From Candidatus Babelota bacterium (GTDB lineage Bacteria; Babelota; Babeliae; Babelales; JAUPTZ01), in assembly GCA_030917815.1 (NCBI GenBank), contig JAUPTZ010000001.1, positions 2,102 to 66,101 on the forward strand: DNA of 64,000 nucleotides. Reading direction: 5' to 3'. Both the position numbers and the translations under genes were made by a program. This document shows, one piece after another, positions 59,428-64,000 of the stretch; positions within the stretch are counted from its first letter, which is position 1; each line of letters begins with the position of its first letter. The notes under the pieces were generated by a model. It ran no database searches, was not told the origin of the DNA, and saw only the letters and a list, made by a program, of their open reading frames with translations.

Positions 59428-60129
59428 ATGAATAAAAAAGTAGGTCTATTTTTTTTGCTAGGGCTGGTGTCTGCGCAGTCGGCATATGCTGTTGGTGGTA
59501 TGATGCCTGATCCGAATGCTGGGATGGGGGGTTATCTTAATAAGTTTAGTAGCTTTTTAATGAAGGGTACAACGGCTGCGGCACAAGCTACAACCGGTCT
59601 TGCAATGGCTGGTGGCGCGATGGCGGGGCAGTTGGCAGCGACACGAAATAATCTTACTACTGGTTTGCAGGCTGGCATGCAGGCTGGTATGCAAGCTGGT
59701 GCAGGCGGCGTGGCTGGTGCGGGATTGCCGGTTGCGGGTACCGTTCCGGTAGCTGGCGGGGCGATGGCTGGCGCGGGGGCTCCTGTGGTAACTCCTTCCG
59801 CCGATAGTTCTGCGGCCGATGCACAAATGGCCCAAGCGCAGGCGCAAGCCGATGCACAGGCAAAAGCGGCTCAAGACAAGCAGGCGCAGCAAGACGCAGC
59901 TACGGCGACCGATGTTGCCAATTTGAATGCGACGGCACAGGCCACGGCTCAGCGGGCTGAAGATGCCGAATCACGTGATGCGGTTAAGGCTTCGAATGCG
60001 GCGCTTGATGCCGCCTTTAGTCTGCCTACTTCTTCCGATTCAGGTGATGGTGCGGCGAGTACGGTTGGCATTGATGGTAGTTCTGCCGGTGGCTCAGGTG
60101 TTTCTACTGATGCTGGGGCTCCTTTATAG
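59428..60129 (+). CDS. secreted A/G/Q/M-rich low-complexity protein (233 aa)
   Basis: Signal peptide MNKKVGLFFLLGLVSAQSAYA. Contains GLQAGMQAGMQAGAGGVAGAG, encoded by a 12-nt DNA repeat at ~59665..59706. Confidence 0.65.
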   Translation: MNKKVGLFFLLGLVSAQSAYAVGGMMPDPNAGMGGYLNKFSSFLMKGTTAAAQATTGLAMAGGAMAGQLAATRNNLTTGLQAGMQAGMQAGAGGVAGAGLPVAGTVPVAGGAMAGAGAPVVTPSADSSAADAQMAQAQAQADAQAKAAQDKQAQQDAATATDVANLNATAQATAQRAEDAESRDAVKASNAALDAAFSLPTSSDSGDGAASTVGIDGSSAGGSGVSTDAGAPL

Positions 60130-60230
60130 GGTTATAAATAGCTATACCGCTTACCTACTAGTTATTTTTTTTGTGTATGTGTACTCTTGCGCACTCGTGT
60201 ATATTTTTAACGTAGTGGTTGAGGGTTAGA

Positions 60231-62294
60231 ATGCATAGTAATTTTTTGAAAATTTTGCGCGGTAAGCCGATTCAAACTATTTATGACGCGCTCGCGTTAA
60301 TTCCCCGTGAAGTTTCCGATGCTTTAAGCATGGTTGATGAGGCTATTGCCGATGTGATAGCGCTTAAGAAAGAGATTTTATCTTTTGCTCCTGAGAACCG
60401 TACCTACGCCAATACGGTTGCGGCGTATGATGAAATGACCGGCCTGGTTTTTGTTGCAAGCTCAATGGCAGGGATTGTAAAACAAGTGAGTGCCGATATA
60501 CACATGCGTGCTGCTCCGCATTGCAAAATTCAACAGGAATCGATTAAAATTTGTAAAGATGCCGCTCTTTATAAGGCTTTTTGTGAGTATCGTGATTATG
60601 GCATGAGTCGTGAAACACTGAGTAGCGAGCAGCAGTATTTTTTTAAGAAGGCCATGGCCGACTTTAAGCGTAGCGGGTACGACAAAGGGGCGGATGCCTT
60701 TGCTCATTTGTCGCATCTTGAAGAAGAAATGCAGCAGGCCTGTAGCGCATTTGATTCAACATTAGATAATGATGTTACATCGGTAGCTTTTCTTGAGGAA
60801 GAATTAACCGGCATTACACCAGAGTTTATAGCGGCGCAGCATCGCGATGAGCAGGGTCGCGTTGTTTTACTTTGCAATCGAACTACATTAAGTGCGATTC
60901 TGCCGCATTGTAGTAATGAGATGGTGCGACGAACGTTTAAAAAAGCCTATGAACGGCGGGCATTTCCGGCAAATGCCGATAACTTACAGAGAATGCTTGC
61001 GCTGCGTCACGAGTATGCAGTGGCGCTGGGGTATGAAAATTATGCAGCGTATGCACTGGCCGGGTACATGATGGAGACGCCGGCCCAGGTGCATGATTTT
61101 TTAGATACCTATTTTGCTCGCATACGGCCTCTGGCTGAGCGTGACTTTGCCAATATTATTTCTACCTTGCCAGACGATGTTGTACTTGTTGATGGCAAGT
61201 TGCAGTCGTGGGACGTGCCGTATGCGGTTGCTACCTATGAAAAAATCCACTCTGAGCTTGACCAGCGGCAAATTGCGCACTACTTCCCGGTTGATAAGGC
61301 AGTGGCAGGTATTTTTGCTATATATGAAAAATTCATGGGTTTGTCGTTTGATTATCATGCGACCATTGACGGTGCGTGGCATGAGTCAATTCAGGGAATT
61401 ACTGTATACACCAAAGATCGATCTCGTGTCTTGGGATATATTTTCCTTGATTTGTATCCACGACCACAAAAATATTCGCATGCGTGTTGCTGGGAGGTGA
61501 CCCCGCGTGTCTTGCGTCATGACGTACACTCTGGGATGTTGTACGAGGTGCCGTCGGTGAGTGTTATTATTGCTAATTTCCCTAAGCCGCATGGTGATCG
61601 ACCGGCTTTATTCTTGCACAGCGACATCACTACTTTTTTTCATGAATTTGGGCATGCAATTCATAACGTACTAAGCTGTACGAGTCATACACAAACAAGT
61701 GGAAGCATGGGGGTTATGCTTGATTTTGTCGAGTTGCCATCACAAATTATGGAAGAGTGGATGTGGCGAAGCGATATGCTGCGATTGGTAAGTGGACATT
61801 ATCAAACAGGTGAGCCGCTTCCCGATGAGATTATACAAAAAATGGTTGCGGCGCGTACGTCAGGTCGTAGCTTTTTTGAGATGAATCAGGTGTATTATTC
61901 TAATGTTTCGCTGGCGCTGCATGAGCGCTCGATTCCGGTTGATTTAGATGGTCTATTGCATGAGATGTATACGACTTATATGCAAGGTCTTGTGTGGGAT
62001 GAGGGTAATAAATTTTATACCTCATTTGGTCATTTGACCGGGTATGGGCCTTGTTATTATGGGTATTCGATTTCCCGTACCTATGCGCATGATGTATTTT
62101 CTCGTATTGAAGAGCATGGGCTCCTTAATGAGGCTATAGGCAAACAGTTTGTTGAGATTATTTTGCGGCCGGGTGGGAGCGTGCATCCGCGTGAACTGCT
62201 GGCGAAATTTCTTGGTCGGCCAGCATCAAGCGATACATACACTCAATGGCTTGAGCGAGAAGCGGTAAAAAACAAAAGAGGCAATCATGTTTAA
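60231..62294 (+). CDS. M3 family metallopeptidase (oligopeptidase A / thimet-like)
   Basis: Zinc motif FFHEFGHAIHNVL with a downstream ELPSQIMEEW (the third-ligand Glu region). About 690 aa. ATG 60231 is preceded by GAGGGT. Confidence 0.9.
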   Translation: MHSNFLKILRGKPIQTIYDALALIPREVSDALSMVDEAIADVIALKKEILSFAPENRTYANTVAAYDEMTGLVFVASSMAGIVKQVSADIHMRAAPHCKIQQESIKICKDAALYKAFCEYRDYGMSRETLSSEQQYFFKKAMADFKRSGYDKGADAFAHLSHLEEEMQQACSAFDSTLDNDVTSVAFLEEELTGITPEFIAAQHRDEQGRVVLLCNRTTLSAILPHCSNEMVRRTFKKAYERRAFPANADNLQRMLALRHEYAVALGYENYAAYALAGYMMETPAQVHDFLDTYFARIRPLAERDFANIISTLPDDVVLVDGKLQSWDVPYAVATYEKIHSELDQRQIAHYFPVDKAVAGIFAIYEKFMGLSFDYHATIDGAWHESIQGITVYTKDRSRVLGYIFLDLYPRPQKYSHACCWEVTPRVLRHDVHSGMLYEVPSVSVIIANFPKPHGDRPALFLHSDITTFFHEFGHAIHNVLSCTSHTQTSGSMGVMLDFVELPSQIMEEWMWRSDMLRLVSGHYQTGEPLPDEIIQKMVAARTSGRSFFEMNQVYYSNVSLALHERSIPVDLDGLLHEMYTTYMQGLVWDEGNKFYTSFGHLTGYGPCYYGYSISRTYAHDVFSRIEEHGLLNEAIGKQFVEIILRPGGSVHPRELLAKFLGRPASSDTYTQWLEREAVKNKRGNHV

Positions 62295-62306
62295 TGATTG
62301 CCTCTT
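62276..62306. terminator. bidirectional hairpin terminator overlapping the peptidase stop codon
   Basis: AAGAGGCAATCAT / ATGATTGCCTCTT 13-bp stem. The TAA stop sits in the loop and stem, and TTTT follows. Confidence 0.65.
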
Positions 62307-62326
62307 TTGTGAGTGTTGGTGATAAA

Positions 62327-62479
62327 TTAGTTAGCCGGTTTTTCAGCCGCTTTAACTTCTTTAGTTTCTTTGGTAGAAACTTTTTCAGTGGTCTTAGTTT
62401 CCTTGTTGCAGGTAAACCAGCCGCAACCTGTCATTAATACTGCGCCAAGCGCCGCTACAAGCAATAATCCTTTTTTCAT
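62327..62479 (-). CDS. small lipoprotein (50 aa), absent from the ORF track
   Basis: The reverse strand has GGAGA, 7 nt, then ATG. Translation is MKKGLLLVAALGAVLMTGCGWFTCNKETKTTEKVSTKETKEVKAAEKPAN*. The lipobox is LMTGC. Confidence 0.6.
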   Translation of the reverse strand: MKKGLLLVAALGAVLMTGCGWFTCNKETKTTEKVSTKETKEVKAAEKPAN

Positions 62480-62597
62480 AGTAAGTCTCCACATTATGGT
62501 GTTTGGTTACCTGTTCGGCATTTTTCCGAAGCATAGTGAGCTTATCGCTTCGATTCAGATACGGTCAAGGTTCTGAAGATAAAACATGAGCTTTTAG

Positions 62598-62630
62598 CAA
62601 AAGAGGCCGCTTTTGAAGCGGCCTCTTTTG
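62598..62630. terminator. hairpin terminator downstream of dnaK
   Basis: CAAAAGAGGCCGC / GCGGCCTCTTTTG 13-bp stem with a 7-nt loop, symmetric with A/T runs. Confidence 0.75.
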
Positions 62631-62651
62631 CTATTGACTGATTATGAGCAG

Positions 62652-64000
62652 TTACTCAGCGTCGGTATCTATTGGATTCTGCTCTGCATCGCCTTCTGAA
62701 TCAGTTGCGGTGCTTTGCGCTCCTGCATCGCCTGTTTGCGCAGAGTCTTTATAGAGTATTTCTGCAATTTTATGTGAAGCAGCTAGAAGATCGTCACTCG
62801 CTTGCTTGAGCGCGTCACCATCGTTTGGCTGATCTTTCAGGACTTGCTGTGCTTTTGAAAGGGCGGCGTTGACCGCTGCTACTTCTTCGGCAGGAAGCTT
62901 GTCTTTGTTTTCTTTGATGGTCTTTTCGATTTGCATGGTCAGATGATCAAGTTGATTGCGTTGTTCAACCACCGCTTTTTGTTTTTGATCTTCTTCTGCA
63001 TGAAGTTTTGCTTCATTAACCATACGTTCGATATCTTCTTTTGACATGCCGCTTGAATCGGTAATCGTGATTTTTTGTTCTTTACCGTTTCCTTTGTCTT
63101 TAGCAGACACGTTTACAATGCCGTTTGAATCGATATCAAAGGTAACTTCAATTTGTGGTACGCCACGTGCAGCCGGAGTGATGCCTTCGAGGCGAAAGCG
63201 TCCCAGCGTCTTGTTGTCGCGCGCAAATTCGCGTTCACCTTGAACGACGTGGATATCAACGGCTGTTTGGCTGTCTTCGGCTGTTGAAAACACCTGTGAT
63301 TTTTGCGTAGGGATTGTGGTATTGCGCTCGATAATTTTCGCGCTAATACCGCCCATCACTTCAATGCCAAGTGATAACGGAGTAACGTCAAGAAGCAGTA
63401 CGTCGGTTACGTCGCCTGAGAGCACGCCACCTTGAATTGCTGCCCCAAGAGATACTACTTCGTCAGGGTTTACTGAGCGATTTGGTTCTTTGCCAAAAAA
63501 CTCTTTAACCATTTGCTGAACTTTAGGAATACGTGTCGATCCACCAACCAGAATCACTTCGTCGATTTGCTTGATATCAACTTTTGCATCGGCGATAGCT
63601 TTTTTGCATGGTTCAAACAATGCCTTAAAGATATCGGTACAAAGGTTTTCAAGCTTGGTGCGTGTGATCTTTGCTACTAGGTGCTTAGGGCCGGTAGCAT
63701 CTGCGGTGATATACGGAAGGTTGATTTCGGTTTCGGTAGCTGACGAAAGCTCGATTTTTGCCTTTTCAGCCGCTTCTTTTAGTCGTTGGAGCGCCATCTT
63801 GTCTTGCATAAGATTGGTGCCATGTTCTTTGTTGAATTCATCAACTAAAAACTTGATTAATACTTCATCAACGTTGTCGCCACCAAGCTCGGTGTTACCG
63901 TTCGTTGCTTTTACTTCAACCACGCCGTCACCAACTTCTAAGATCGAAACGTCAAACGTTCCGCCGCCAAAGTCGAATACGGCAATAGTTTCATGCGATT
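62652..64000 (-). CDS. dnaK: molecular chaperone DnaK (Hsp70), 3' portion; the gene continues beyond the right window edge
   Basis: The reverse strand reads ...[44 protein letters not shown]..., [29 protein letters not shown] and [23 protein letters not shown]. It is open to position 64000. Confidence 0.97.
   Translation of the reverse strand, partial: SHETIAVFDFGGGTFDVSILEVGDGVVEVKATNGNTELGGDNVDEVLIKFLVDEFNKEHGTNLMQDKMALQRLKEAAEKAKIELSSATETEINLPYITADATGPKHLVAKITRTKLENLCTDIFKALFEPCKKAIADAKVDIKQIDEVILVGGSTRIPKVQQMVKEFFGKEPNRSVNPDEVVSLGAAIQGGVLSGDVTDVLLLDVTPLSLGIEVMGGISAKIIERNTTIPTQKSQVFSTAEDSQTAVDIHVVQGEREFARDNKTLGRFRLEGITPAARGVPQIEVTFDIDSNGIVNVSAKDKGNGKEQKITITDSSGMSKEDIERMVNEAKLHAEEDQKQKAVVEQRNQLDHLTMQIEKTIKENKDKLPAEEVAAVNAALSKAQQVLKDQPNDGDALKQASDDLLAASHKIAEILYKDSAQTGDAGAQSTATDSEGDAEQNPIDTDAE

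Overview
This is a 64-kb bacterial chromosomal window with moderate GC and the standard code. All three stop codons terminate long ORFs. I count about 47 protein genes and 3 tRNA genes (Lys-CTT, Leu-TAG, Gln-TTG). I saw no rRNA, no CRISPR array and no recognisable transposase or integrase. The housekeeping backbone is dnaA, dnaK (partial, runs off the right edge), gyrA, ruvB, dprA, maf, yebC, yicC, pgsA-pgpA, tgt preceded by two YhhQ-like transporter paralogs, rsmH, spoVG, an orphan sbcC-like ATPase, an M3 metallopeptidase and an SSF symporter. Interleaved with these is a dense set of eukaryote-like or effector-like genes. They comprise two tandem OTU-like cysteine proteases, an ATAD3-like coiled-coil/TM/AAA+ ATPase and a cPLA2/PLB-type phospholipase. 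There are also three or four ankyrin-repeat proteins, a leucine-rich-repeat membrane protein and a membrane-anchored ADP-ribosylglycohydrolase. A three-gene locus of giant secreted proteins includes a 1728-aa protein built from nine tandem FAMeT-like beta modules. Several of these proteins share one N-terminal signal/TM leader cassette, and two share a duplicated promoter and 5' leader. Two possible coding disruptions stand out. One is a single in-frame TAA between the 563-aa and 1728-aa giant genes. The other is a T9 tract that separates an SD/ATG/signal peptide from the LRR ORF. Intergenic regions are filled with several families of GC-rich palindromic repeats, including a ~110-nt element present twice in opposite orientation and a nested insertion. 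By inference only, the content suggests a host-associated (protist or amoeba-associated) bacterium that has acquired eukaryotic-type genes. All homology calls rest on motif recognition by eye and need HMM or structure searches.
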